DNA from: a virus
Taxonomy: Duplodnaviria; Caudoviricetes
Length of the DNA stretch: 64,000 bases
Strand: one strand, 5' to 3'
Virus record (IMG/VR): IMGVR_UViG_3300025372_000001
This document shows positions 9,688 through 19,202 of this stretch, piece by piece. Position 1 is the stretch's first letter, and each line of letters begins with the position of its first letter. The notes under the pieces were generated by a model. The model was not told the DNA's origin and did not search any database. It was given only the letters and a program-made list of their open reading frames with translations. A program made the translations under genes and the position numbers.

Positions 9688-10067
9688 ATGTAGATAAACT
9701 AATATTAAAATATAATCTGAAAGCAGATTCGTACTATACCGAAAGTCCTTATAAAAAGCCACGAAACGTGGAGGAATCACAATATGTTTTTAGTGAGATA
9801 AAGCGACTTAATGAGAAATACAAGAAGCATATTCCTAAAGGTTGGACCGGTTTTAATGGACTTGGTTATCCCATGCCTTTATTCTGGATTTCCGTATTAG
9901 AAGAATTTACGGATGACTTGGTGGAGAATTTTCCCGATATTGAATTATACCAACAAAAGATAAAATTTGGGGGTTTAAGATACTATACAAATAATAATTC
10001 TCCAGAAGTAAGAGAAGATATTTCTAAATTAGAAAAGGTACTAAGTGATAAACATTTAATTTACTGA
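9684..10067 (+). CDS. conserved phage hypothetical protein
   Basis: QQKIKFGGLRYY, resembling the common phage QxKEKFGxLRxY motif. Confidence 0.7.
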   Translation: MNVDKLILKYNLKADSYYTESPYKKPRNVEESQYVFSEIKRLNEKYKKHIPKGWTGFNGLGYPMPLFWISVLEEFTDDLVENFPDIELYQQKIKFGGLRYYTNNNSPEVREDISKLEKVLSDKHLIY

Positions 10068-10071
10068 GATT

Positions 10072-10629
10072 ATGATTAACTATAAACTTTTAGATGATTC
10101 TATCAGCTTTTATACCTCGAAAGGTTATAACAGAATCGAAGCACCCTGGACCACTTCTGAGTATATTAATAATATTACTGCTCCGAAAGGAGTAACACAA
10201 TTTCAATTTAAACATAATGATAAATGTTTAGTTGCATCAGGAGAACAATCGTTTTTATATCTTTATCTTAAAGGGTTTCTCCCTAAAGGTAAGTACCAAA
10301 CGACCACTCCGTGTTTCCGAATGGAAACATTCGATCTTACTCATACCAAATACTTCATTAAGAATGAGTTAATTATTACTGATGATGTAAATTTGGACAA
10401 TTTGTTAGATATGGTTTCATATGCTAAAACGTTTTATTCTCGCTATTTAAACAATGTTACCAAAGAAAAGACTGAGAATGGGTATGATTTGGTATGTAAG
10501 GGCGTTGAATTAGGCTCTTATGGAATTAGACGCTGCGAATTCTTAGAATGGATATATGGTACTGGATGCGCAGAACCGAGGTTATCCACCGTTATTAAAT
10601 TACAAAATAAAAGATATGGGCTATCATAA
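10072..10629 (+). CDS. minimal class II aminoacyl-tRNA-synthetase-like catalytic domain
   Basis: Motif 1-like KGYNRIEAPW, motif 2 PCFRME...YFIKNEL, GVELGSYG, motif 3 GTGCAEPRL; only 185 aa. Confidence 0.75.
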   Translation: MINYKLLDDSISFYTSKGYNRIEAPWTTSEYINNITAPKGVTQFQFKHNDKCLVASGEQSFLYLYLKGFLPKGKYQTTTPCFRMETFDLTHTKYFIKNELIITDDVNLDNLLDMVSYAKTFYSRYLNNVTKEKTENGYDLVCKGVELGSYGIRRCEFLEWIYGTGCAEPRLSTVIKLQNKRYGLS

Positions 10630-10861
10630 AACACAAATTCCTAAAGGAACTATTGGACAATTTTCCAAAATCGAAGAAGAATTTTTGGAATTAAAAGACG
10701 GAGTTGAACAGGGAGATAAAATTCTTCAAATAGTAGAATTAACTGATTTGATTGGAGCAATTGATTCTTATGGTTTTTATCAATTTGGTCTTTCTTTAGA
10801 AGATTTAATTAAATTCACACGGAAAACTCAACAAGCCTTTAAAGATGGAAGCCGAGAATAA
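10616..10861 (+). CDS. MazG-like all-alpha NTP pyrophosphatase
   Basis: Start MGYHKTQIPKG at 10616; SKIEEEFLELKD...VELTDLIGAI (EExxE...ExxD). Confidence 0.65.
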   Translation: MGYHKTQIPKGTIGQFSKIEEEFLELKDGVEQGDKILQIVELTDLIGAIDSYGFYQFGLSLEDLIKFTRKTQQAFKDGSRE

Positions 10862-11002
10862 ACAAAGTGTAACTCTTGAAGAAGCTCTTACTCAAGTAAG
10901 GAAATCTGAAGAAGTACAACGGAAAGCATTTGAAGAAAAACGAAAGAAACAAAGAAACGGATTAATAAGAAGCGGAGAAGCGCATAAAGAAACCGAAAAG
11001 AT

Positions 11003-11031
11003 TTGACTCAAACCCATAAACATGTTATAAT
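11003..11031 (+). promoter_or_regulatory. sigma70-type early promoter
   Basis: TTGACT-17nt-TATAAT with extended TG; ATG 8 nt downstream. Confidence 0.85.
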
Positions 11032-11039
11032 AACTCACG

Positions 11040-13034
11040 ATGAAAATCATTCTTGAAAAAACACAAAACTCTATTAATAAGCCGACTAACTATATCTTTG
11101 TCGGGGACTGCTCAGGCTCCATGTGGTCTTCAATTAAGACTCTCAGAGATACATTGCTTGCCACTAAGAATTTAATTGGGCCACAAGACACTGTTTCCCT
11201 TGGCTGGTTCAGTGGCTATAATAAATTTGACTGGATCATTAAAGGTGCATCTAATCTCACAAACTTTGATGCCCTAATTGAACAAAACGTTTATGCTCGC
11301 GGAGCGACACATTACGAACAAATCCTCAAGAGTATTGACGAAGTTATTCAAAATGTCTCCACTTTAACAGGCCATAACAATATTAATTTCATGTTTCTTT
11401 CAGATGGTCAACCAAATGACCGTTCTTCTGAACGAGACATTCTTTCCATTTGTAAAGAATTAAATGGTAAGTTTGCTTCGGCAAAAATTATCGGTTATTC
11501 TGGTTATTATAACCGTAAACTTCTGCTCGATATGGCAGAAGCAATTGGCGGTCAAATGTCCCACATTTCCGACCATTATGAACTAGATACGGATTATAAG
11601 ACCTTCTTCTCTAATCGTGTTCAAGTTAAGAATATTCCTCTTATCAAGAAATTTGATCTAGTTTGGCAAGTATCTACTAACGATGTTCTACTTCTAAATC
11701 AAAAAGAAGATAATTCTGTTGATATTCAAGATAACGGTGAAGAAAGCGAACTATTTGCTATTGATTATTCTGAATTGAATGGATTAACAAGTATCAATGA
11801 TGCAAAGTTTGTTTATTCTCTCGCTTATATTCTAAGTCAGAAGAATAAGGCGAATCTAGGCGTTCAATTACTTCGGACAGTAGGAGATTATAAGATGGCA
11901 CAATCCCTCCGTAAATCCTTCACTGTTGCTCAGAAAGGTGCAATCGAGAACATGATTCGGACTTTTGCTCTTCTTGGCGGAACACCCGTTATTACTGAAC
12001 AACCTAATACAACCAAACTAGAAACCTTCTTAGAAGAACTGGATTCTAAAGAAGTATATCTAGACACTAGTAATAGTGATTATACTTCTATTTCTCGCAA
12101 AGGAACAAATGTTTCTAAAGTGGAATGGAAATTAACGGATGAAAAGGCAAAGATTATTCAAGTTGTTCCTAATGAGAATCGCCCAAATATTTCTCTTCTT
12201 ACTGTTCGCCAAGGGGAAATTACTAATGTAACTGATGAAGATTTAGCCAATAGAATTACTTCTTTTAATGCTACTGCTCCTAATCCTATTATTTTTCCGA
12301 TCAAATCAACAACATATCGTAACTATTCTTTAGTTGCTAATGGTGATTTTAATTTCAAGAAACTTGTTCTTGAGGAGAACGGACAAACTTCCGTGATTTA
12401 TCCTGATAATGATCTTGATATTTTTGACGAAGAAGTGAAATCAATTCATATCAAGGATTTCGTTAATCTTAATAAGACCTTGATTAAGGAGAAAGCACAT
12501 GTATCTACTTTAAACTTCTTTATTAAGAATAATTCAGAACAAAAGCATGCAGAAGATTGGAGAGTTAGTAATTATGGAGCAGAAGGTGCTAAATTACTTG
12601 AAGAAATGGGCATTGATTATGCTGGACGGTATTCTCCTAAGAAGGAATCTATTCCAGTTGCAGAAGATGGTGATTATTTAGAATTTCTTGAAATTGACGG
12701 ATATATTAAAGGAGCATCTACTGTTTCTGCTTCTGCCTCATTTAAGAAGTGGGAGAAGAAAGCAAAGCCAAATGCTGCTGATGAAATATTATATCCTCTC
12801 TTTGAGAAATATACTGAAATGCAAAAAGCATTATCTAAAGAGCTGTTTGTTGAGATGCTTCAAGGTATTTTAGAAGGAGTTCAAAAGACTACTAAGATTC
12901 TATCCAGAAAATTAGCTGCAATGAAGTTCTATCTTGCTACAACGAATTCGTGGTTCGAAGGAATTGATAAAGCGGATGAATTTGAATATGATGGATTTGT
13001 GGTGAAAGTTAAAACTGCTAAAGAATATATCTAA
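11040..13034 (+). CDS. large vWA-domain protein
   Basis: MIDAS DCSGSMWS, GATHY, FLSDGQPND. Confidence 0.85.
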   Translation: MKIILEKTQNSINKPTNYIFVGDCSGSMWSSIKTLRDTLLATKNLIGPQDTVSLGWFSGYNKFDWIIKGASNLTNFDALIEQNVYARGATHYEQILKSIDEVIQNVSTLTGHNNINFMFLSDGQPNDRSSERDILSICKELNGKFASAKIIGYSGYYNRKLLLDMAEAIGGQMSHISDHYELDTDYKTFFSNRVQVKNIPLIKKFDLVWQVSTNDVLLLNQKEDNSVDIQDNGEESELFAIDYSELNGLTSINDAKFVYSLAYILSQKNKANLGVQLLRTVGDYKMAQSLRKSFTVAQKGAIENMIRTFALLGGTPVITEQPNTTKLETFLEELDSKEVYLDTSNSDYTSISRKGTNVSKVEWKLTDEKAKIIQVVPNENRPNISLLTVRQGEITNVTDEDLANRITSFNATAPNPIIFPIKSTTYRNYSLVANGDFNFKKLVLEENGQTSVIYPDNDLDIFDEEVKSIHIKDFVNLNKTLIKEKAHVSTLNFFIKNNSEQKHAEDWRVSNYGAEGAKLLEEMGIDYAGRYSPKKESIPVAEDGDYLEFLEIDGYIKGASTVSASASFKKWEKKAKPNAADEILYPLFEKYTEMQKALSKELFVEMLQGILEGVQKTTKILSRKLAAMKFYLATTNSWFEGIDKADEFEYDGFVVKVKTAKEYI

Positions 13035-13035
13035 T

Positions 13036-13245
13036 ATGAACACATGGCCCAAACACATGATTAATGATCTTGATCAATTGTATAGTCAACATACGGTAGT
13101 CGGCACTAAAGGGAAATTGAAGTTTTGGAATGAATTAAATCCGAATACTTTTTTCTCGAAAGAGTTAACCGATGAAGGTTATATAGGAGCATTCGAGCAC
13201 GAATATTTATCCAATTTATATCCAGGAGAATTTGAATATTATTGA
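13036..13245 (+). CDS. hypothetical protein
   Basis: ORF track; operon spacing. Confidence 0.6.
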   Translation: MNTWPKHMINDLDQLYSQHTVVGTKGKLKFWNELNPNTFFSKELTDEGYIGAFEHEYLSNLYPGEFEYY

Positions 13246-13248
13246 AAT

Positions 13249-13731
13249 ATGAGTAAAACCGTTATATATGCATTATTCAATCCTAAGAATAAGCAATTCA
13301 CTGCATGGATGAATGACCTCTCTTCAATGCCTGAAGCGGTATTGAATACCCTTCTCTTTCATGAAATCAATTTAGAAGAATACGGTGTTACTGATGCCAT
13401 GTTCAATCCTGAAAGATATAGATGGATTGGCGATTATGATACAGGAAAGTTTACTGATTTATTAGCAGATAATAAAGCCATTGTCACAGAGACAGAAGTG
13501 AATGAAAAATATGATTCAATTTTCTTTAGAAAATATCCAATTAAAGATGTTCTGTTTACTTTAATTGAGAATACTCAGATGAGGACTAAAGAGGGATTGG
13601 AGATGCAAGCTTTTCTGAGAAAGATGTTGCATAGGAAGAAAACAGATGTAGAATATTATAAGACTTCTGGTGTTCATATCTATGAAACCGAAGAAGAACA
13701 GAAACAAAGAGAAAAGAAAGCATTTGAATAA
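13249..13731 (+). CDS. hypothetical protein
   Basis: 160 aa; operon spacing. Confidence 0.7.
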   Translation: MSKTVIYALFNPKNKQFTAWMNDLSSMPEAVLNTLLFHEINLEEYGVTDAMFNPERYRWIGDYDTGKFTDLLADNKAIVTETEVNEKYDSIFFRKYPIKDVLFTLIENTQMRTKEGLEMQAFLRKMLHRKKTDVEYYKTSGVHIYETEEEQKQREKKAFE

Positions 13732-13732
13732 A

Positions 13733-14434
13733 ATGGAAGAATTGACCGCAGATAATATAATCCTAATTGGAGACACTCACGAGCTTACGTTCGTCGATCT
13801 TTTGGAGCATTATAAATTAGAGAATTTCATCATGCTCGGGGTTGGCGATCACGGCCTGGGGTTCGCCCCTCATTTATTCGATATGATTAATATCAATAAA
13901 TTAAATGATTATTGTAAAGAACATAATGGGAAGATATTAGTATGCCGGGGCAATCACGATCTTCCATCTGCATTTATCGAGAATTCTCCATATAATACCG
14001 AATTTGTTAAATTTCTTCCCGATTACACTTATAAACTAATCAACGGAAAAGTATTTCTATTTGCGGGTGGAGCAATATCCATTGATCGGCAATTGAGAAC
14101 AGAAGGAATCGATTATTGGAAAGATGAAGGATTTGTTCTTCCACAGGATTATCAAGAGTTGCCTCCCTGTGACGTTCTAATCACCCATTCTGCGCCTTCT
14201 GACGTTCTTGAGTATGAAGACCTTACTCGTATCTCAGGATGGTTTAAAAACGATCCTAGCCTTAAAGAAGAGCTGATAGAAGAAAGACGATTGATTAGGA
14301 AGTTATATGAACATGTTAATTGTTCTAACAACTGGTTTGGGCATTTCCATGCAGTGTCAAGTGTTCGAATAGATGGAACATGGTTTAGAGGATTAGATAT
14401 TAATGAAGTTTTAGACATTACAAGAGATATTTAA
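13733..14434 (+). CDS. calcineurin-like metallophosphoesterase
   Basis: GDTH, GVGDHG, RGNHD, THSAP, FGHFH; ATG at 13733. Confidence 0.9.
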   Translation: MEELTADNIILIGDTHELTFVDLLEHYKLENFIMLGVGDHGLGFAPHLFDMININKLNDYCKEHNGKILVCRGNHDLPSAFIENSPYNTEFVKFLPDYTYKLINGKVFLFAGGAISIDRQLRTEGIDYWKDEGFVLPQDYQELPPCDVLITHSAPSDVLEYEDLTRISGWFKNDPSLKEELIEERRLIRKLYEHVNCSNNWFGHFHAVSSVRIDGTWFRGLDINEVLDITRDI

Positions 14435-14605
14435 ATTATGAAAATTAAAGAATTAATTGAACGTTTACAGAAATATGATCAAGAGAAAGAAGTTAGGATC
14501 ATATCAAAAAATCATAAATCATGGATGCCTATAACGGAAGCTATTGCCGACGTTACTGTTAGTGTTAATACTAATTTAAATGCAATTTTAATTGAAGGAG
14601 TTTAA

Positions 14606-14821
14606 ATGAACAATAAATTTAAAAAAATAGTAGATTTAGGATTTGACGGAGCAACTTTTTATGCGGACATTCGGATAGAAATACCAAAAAAGAGAATCAC
14701 TCCAGAATTTATCAAAGATTTAATGGATAATAAAGATAAGATCATTAATGGTGAAATTATTATAGGACAGCCTTCTAATTATATCGAAACTCGTCTATTG
14801 GTGGATAATATTGATGGGTAA
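14606..14821 (+). CDS. hypothetical protein
   Basis: ORF track. Confidence 0.55.
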   Translation: MNNKFKKIVDLGFDGATFYADIRIEIPKKRITPEFIKDLMDNKDKIINGEIIIGQPSNYIETRLLVDNIDG

Positions 14822-14873
14822 GATATTCTTAAGTTTCAAAAAGGTATAACGCCTATCTAATAAATACTTCGAT

Positions 14874-15410
14874 ATGAAGTTTTTAGAATTTGTTAAATTG
14901 ATTCAGGAAGGAAGCGCAATTCGATCCTTTTCTTGTTTAATGTTGGATTGTCAGGACTTATATCTACATATTGCCAAGATACATGAGCAGATTGCTCCAG
15001 AAGATGTTTTTGACGATGAACCGGGACACGGGTACGAATTAGAATCACACGTTACTTGCGCGTATGGATTTTCAGAGACTAAACCTCAAGATGTTATCCC
15101 TAAATTAGACCTTGTTCCTTGTAGATATAAGATCAAGGGATTATCATTATTTGAGAATGAGAAGTTTGATGTTTTGAAATTCGATATTCAATCAGCAGAA
15201 TTGAATAAATTAAATAAACAGATTATGGATAATTTTGATATTACCACTTCGCATAAGGTGTATCATGCCCATCTAACGATTTTTTACGCTAAAAAGGGGA
15301 TGGGTGAAAAATATTTAAAAATTAAATCCCCTTTAATTGGTGAAACTTTTATTTCAAATCGCTACATATTTTCTAATCCAAACAGTGAAAAAGTTTGGAT
15401 AGATGTCTAA
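14874..15410 (+). CDS. 2H phosphodiesterase (Acb1/gp57B-like), late
   Basis: SHVTCAYG and AHLTIFY (two HxT motifs); TAAATA 14861-14866. Confidence 0.8.
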   Translation: MKFLEFVKLIQEGSAIRSFSCLMLDCQDLYLHIAKIHEQIAPEDVFDDEPGHGYELESHVTCAYGFSETKPQDVIPKLDLVPCRYKIKGLSLFENEKFDVLKFDIQSAELNKLNKQIMDNFDITTSHKVYHAHLTIFYAKKGMGEKYLKIKSPLIGETFISNRYIFSNPNSEKVWIDV

Positions 15411-15862
15411 TCCTCTTCCCATCTACTCATCATACGTTTGATTCCTTCAAACGGCACACCATGAGTATTCTTCTCCACGAAAACCTTTACATCTTCATCT
15501 GTAAAGGTTTTATCCTTTAGTCGAGGATGAACGTCTTTAAACCAGGGAGAATCAGGAAAAACAATTTCCACTTCATATCCATATTCCTTGGCAAGATTAT
15601 GATAAACTTGTCGATCTTTTCTAGTTATATTTGTATTAGAAACTACTAAAGGAGTATTACCTATCTCCATAGCTTTCCTTACTTCGGATTGACACCATGC
15701 ATGCGCTTTTCCGATTTTTTCAGGAACGAAAAGATATTCTCCAACACAATTGAGCCAATAGTTATCAGCTTCAAAAATGTTTTCAGGAGCAGCAAGAGTT
15801 TTAGCCTTTGTGGTTTTACCACCACCAGCAGGCGAACATAAACAATACAGTATTTTACTCAT
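15407..15862 (-). CDS. P-loop polynucleotide kinase-like (AAA_33/N4BP2-like)
   Basis: PAGGGKTT, FEADNYW, AHAWCQ, VSNTN, THGVP. Confidence 0.85.
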   Translation of the reverse strand: MSKILYCLCSPAGGGKTTKAKTLAAPENIFEADNYWLNCVGEYLFVPEKIGKAHAWCQSEVRKAMEIGNTPLVVSNTNITRKDRQVYHNLAKEYGYEVEIVFPDSPWFKDVHPRLKDKTFTDEDVKVFVEKNTHGVPFEGIKRMMSRWEED

Positions 15863-16427
15863 TGTTTAAATCCTCTCTAACACTCATTAATACTCGTCCT
15901 AATAGGTTGTGCCCTTGCCATGTAGAAACATCGTGAGCAAGGGGATTATCCGCAGATAGACCGCAAGACCATACTGGATCAACGGGATTTGCTTCGCAAA
16001 GTATTAAATGTCCAGTTGATAACAAATATTCTTTCAATTCTGGATTTTGTTGATATTTGAATTTGTTAATTCTCCGAACAGCAGCAAAGCGTTGTTTAGC
16101 CCAAACTTCTTCATTATAGTTTTTGACTTCTCTGCCCAATCGTTTCTGTTCTTTCGGATGTTTTTCTTTTAGAATTTTATCAGCAGTTTCACAGTCATTG
16201 AATAAACATGCTTTATAATACATCATTGCTTGTTCACAGCAATTGAAGGAAATATTACTAGTAATATCTAAACCATCTAGATATGAATATTGTTTAATAT
16301 CAGGAAAGAATAATCGAGGAATCACTAGTTTATGTTCTTGTCCTTTAAATCCTCCGTACCATTGGCTGAAAATTCCACGGAAGAAGAAAAGTATATTATT
16401 GTGAATAGGATAATCGGGTTTAATCAT
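15855..16427 (-). CDS. NADAR (YbiA-like) family protein
   Basis: FSQW, EQAMMYYKACLF, QKRLGREVKNY, KYQQNPEL, EANPVDPVWSCG, GHNLLGRVLMSVR. Confidence 0.92.
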   Translation of the reverse strand: MIKPDYPIHNNILFFFRGIFSQWYGGFKGQEHKLVIPRLFFPDIKQYSYLDGLDITSNISFNCCEQAMMYYKACLFNDCETADKILKEKHPKEQKRLGREVKNYNEEVWAKQRFAAVRRINKFKYQQNPELKEYLLSTGHLILCEANPVDPVWSCGLSADNPLAHDVSTWQGHNLLGRVLMSVREDLNNE

Positions 16428-17209
16428 AAAGGTTTTCTATCTTGTATATGATAGGTATCTGCTAATGTTTTATAAATTTTGTTCAAATCTGCACCATAAA
16501 ATGAACTACATTCAAAGCTGTTAATTTCTAGCAAGTATAAACTACCACGACTTTCACAAATATCAATACAAAAATTTGATATATTTTGAAAATAAGTATG
16601 TTTAGCAATTTCTTTAGCAAACCAAATAACATGTTCAGGAATTTCCGAAGAAATAATCAATTCATCATTAACCATATATTGACTACCCGAACAATATTCA
16701 TTATTGATAAAAATGGTTCGCCATTCTTTATGAATGGATTTAACTGGCGACGACATGCATATAATAGATTCTTTAATATTCTTATTCTTTTGAATAAAAT
16801 TATATTCTTCAATCAGTTTATCCTTAGAAGGAAATACTTGTCCTGAAAAGGTTTTGAAGCCATTAGTAGGACGAAGGAACAGAGGGAAATCGAAAGAACT
16901 ATAATGATCAATGAAGAATTTCAAATCGTTGAAATAAGTGTTTTTCGGAGATAATGTGTAGTTACGTAAAGCCGGAAGCCAATGTAATGCATCAAATTCT
17001 TTGAATTTTTTTCCAATATATTTGGCAATATTTAAAGAATAACGTCCAAATAAAGCATGGCGAAGTTTCTCAGGATTAATGCGAGAACTTACAATACTCA
17101 TCATATCAATTTCTCGAATATCGAAATATTGAGAAATGATAGAAGGAGTATCCTGTCGTTCATCCTCGGTAAACAAATCTTTTTCTAAGTAAATTATAGG
17201 TTTATTCAT
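16424..17209 (-). CDS. ATP-grasp protein, R2K/DUF4343-like
   Basis: FLRPTNGFKTFSGQV, EWRTI, SGSQY, CIDI, LLEINSFECSSFYG. Confidence 0.8.
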   Translation of the reverse strand: MNKPIIYLEKDLFTEDERQDTPSIISQYFDIREIDMMSIVSSRINPEKLRHALFGRYSLNIAKYIGKKFKEFDALHWLPALRNYTLSPKNTYFNDLKFFIDHYSSFDFPLFLRPTNGFKTFSGQVFPSKDKLIEEYNFIQKNKNIKESIICMSSPVKSIHKEWRTIFINNEYCSGSQYMVNDELIISSEIPEHVIWFAKEIAKHTYFQNISNFCIDICESRGSLYLLEINSFECSSFYGADLNKIYKTLADTYHIQDRKPL

Positions 17210-17212
17210 TGG

Positions 17213-17404
17213 TTAAAAAACGGTAGGTTTAATGTCGGAAAGAACAGCATCTTTTAAATAAAATTCGCCAGTAAAATCTCTATAAATCTCGGTTGAAATT
17301 TCAAATAAAATATCAGTAATATAATTTGAACTAAAAGACCATGTAACCATTTCCTCTCCTTTATAAAGATCAGAATACATTAATATAAAAATGGGAATTT
17401 TCAT
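17213..17404 (-). CDS. hypothetical protein
   Basis: ORF track; operon spacing. Confidence 0.55.
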   Translation of the reverse strand: MKIPIFILMYSDLYKGEEMVTWSFSSNYITDILFEISTEIYRDFTGEFYLKDAVLSDIKPTVF

Positions 17405-17406
17405 GG

Positions 17407-17835
17407 TTATTTCATCCAGATATAAGGTTTAACTCCTCCTTTGGAATTGCAAAGCGTAGCGTGAAAATTTTTATCAGGAGGAGGAATATTACAGATTTTA
17501 GCAATGTCGTCTAGTATTTCTCCTCGAACAATTACATACCAATTACGGAAATTCTTAGTAAATCCGCCCATTTTAATAAATGGATCATATTCAAGAGTTA
17601 ACGGAATTCTGCCATATAATCTCCATACTTCATCAAAACTTTCATCAAATACTTTAGTATGTAATTTACTTGAGATTAGGGTTATATGGCTGCCGTGCAT
17701 GGGTAAATTAGAGAATATTTTATATTCTTTATCAACGAATTGTTTATAATATGCAACGAAATCATTCGGAAGTTTAATCCGAATGTTTCCGTTTTCAATT
17801 TCTAATCGTCCTGTTACTGGAAGCCAAGTTTTCAT
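17407..17835 (-). CDS. second 2H phosphoesterase
   Basis: GSHITLI and NFHATLCN motifs. Confidence 0.75.
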   Translation of the reverse strand: MKTWLPVTGRLEIENGNIRIKLPNDFVAYYKQFVDKEYKIFSNLPMHGSHITLISSKLHTKVFDESFDEVWRLYGRIPLTLEYDPFIKMGGFTKNFRNWYVIVRGEILDDIAKICNIPPPDKNFHATLCNSKGGVKPYIWMK

Positions 17836-17836
17836 T

Positions 17837-18601
17837 TTAATGATGATCCAATTTTAGACTAATCTTATGTTTCATAATTTCATTAATTTCTTCGATGGTG
17901 AAGAAGCATGTTCCATTATATTTCTTTGCATTATCAACACCAACATCTAGAATTCTACCTTGGGTATCTTCTGGTTGCGAATCTATTAAATTACCATGGC
18001 TATGCCCATGGATCATATAGGAGTGCTCATATGACATTGTAGGCCAAATAGGAGCAACTATATGCCTCCCATAATAGAAATGATTTCCAATATTAAAGGT
18101 AGCAGATTCCCCCATAAAAGTGATATTATGTTGCATTTTTCTATCCAACTTTTCAGAAGGATGAACAATACCCACTTCTTCTCCTTTTTCAAAAATAGAT
18201 AAAGGATATAATTCGATGAAACGCTTTCTGGTATTTATAATAGGCGACAATTCTTCTGTTACTCCTAATTCATGCCAAAACTTATGCAATGCTTCCCAAT
18301 AAATTTTAGAAGTAAAAGAACAATGATTTCCCCAAATCAAGAGATGTCTTGCCTTAATATTATTAATAATTTCTTTAGTATCTTCCACAGAAGACATTAG
18401 AGTAAAATCGCCTAGATTAATTAGAAGATCATCCTCTGTCAGAGAATATAATTGATCAAGAATCCATTTATCATGTTCTTGAATAGTGTTGAATCCTCTT
18501 GCTTGGACAATCCAAGGACGATTATGACGGATGTGTAAATCTGAACACAGATATATGTTTTTATAATCGTTTCGGTTAATTTTATATGGTTTATCGTTCA
18601 T
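17837..18601 (-). CDS. calcineurin-like phosphoesterase (phage type)
   Basis: SDLHIRH, NLGDF, WGNH, IHGHSHG, LDVGVD. Confidence 0.9.
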   Translation of the reverse strand: MNDKPYKINRNDYKNIYLCSDLHIRHNRPWIVQARGFNTIQEHDKWILDQLYSLTEDDLLINLGDFTLMSSVEDTKEIINNIKARHLLIWGNHCSFTSKIYWEALHKFWHELGVTEELSPIINTRKRFIELYPLSIFEKGEEVGIVHPSEKLDRKMQHNITFMGESATFNIGNHFYYGRHIVAPIWPTMSYEHSYMIHGHSHGNLIDSQPEDTQGRILDVGVDNAKKYNGTCFFTIEEINEIMKHKISLKLDHH

Positions 18602-18612
18602 GATATATTCAT

Positions 18613-18677
18613 ATTATAACATAATTCATCCTCATGTCAAACCATCTCTTGACATTTTCATCTCTTTATAGTAATAT
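18613..18677. promoter_or_regulatory. divergent sigma70-type promoters
   Basis: Minus: TTGACA-16nt-TATAAT; plus: TTGACA-17nt-TAATAT. Confidence 0.75.
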
Positions 18678-18683
18678 AATAAT

Positions 18684-18866
18684 ATGAACGGCAAAGGGTC
18701 AAAACCGAGAAAAGGTGCAAACAATCAAGCATATTACAACAATTATGATTCCATTTTTCGTAAACCGAAGGAATTAACACAAGAAGAAAAAGATGAAATG
18801 GAAGAGAATAAAGCTTCTATGAGTCATTCCGAATTTGTTAAAATAAGTAAAAGAAATGAATACTAA
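18684..18866 (+). CDS. small conserved phage protein
   Basis: MNGKGSKPR...YDSIF motif. Confidence 0.6.
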   Translation: MNGKGSKPRKGANNQAYYNNYDSIFRKPKELTQEEKDEMEENKASMSHSEFVKISKRNEY

Positions 18867-19164
18867 TATTGACAGATATAATGCTGAAACCAAAAAATAT
18901 GAAAATAATAAAGAGGTTTCCGATTTCTTTAAAGATATTTTAAAAGTTATTGATAAGCATAAATTAACGATTGCACATGAAGATGTTCATGGAGCATTTG
19001 TGGTGGTTCCTGCAAATAAACCTGATGTAGATTGGTTATTAAATGCAACATTTAATTTCGGTAAACATAAACCAAATAAGAAAAAAGTGGATAAGCCCGA
19101 AATTCCTAAGATTGATAAGAGAGTAAAGTTTAAATTTTATAAACCAAAAGAAAAAGAGAAATAA
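18856..19164 (+). CDS. hypothetical protein
   Basis: ORF track; IAHEDVHGAF segment. Confidence 0.65.
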   Translation: MNTNIDRYNAETKKYENNKEVSDFFKDILKVIDKHKLTIAHEDVHGAFVVVPANKPDVDWLLNATFNFGKHKPNKKKVDKPEIPKIDKRVKFKFYKPKEKEK

Positions 19165-19202
19165 TTTGATTCTAATATAACAATAGCTTAACTTACCTTT
19201 CA

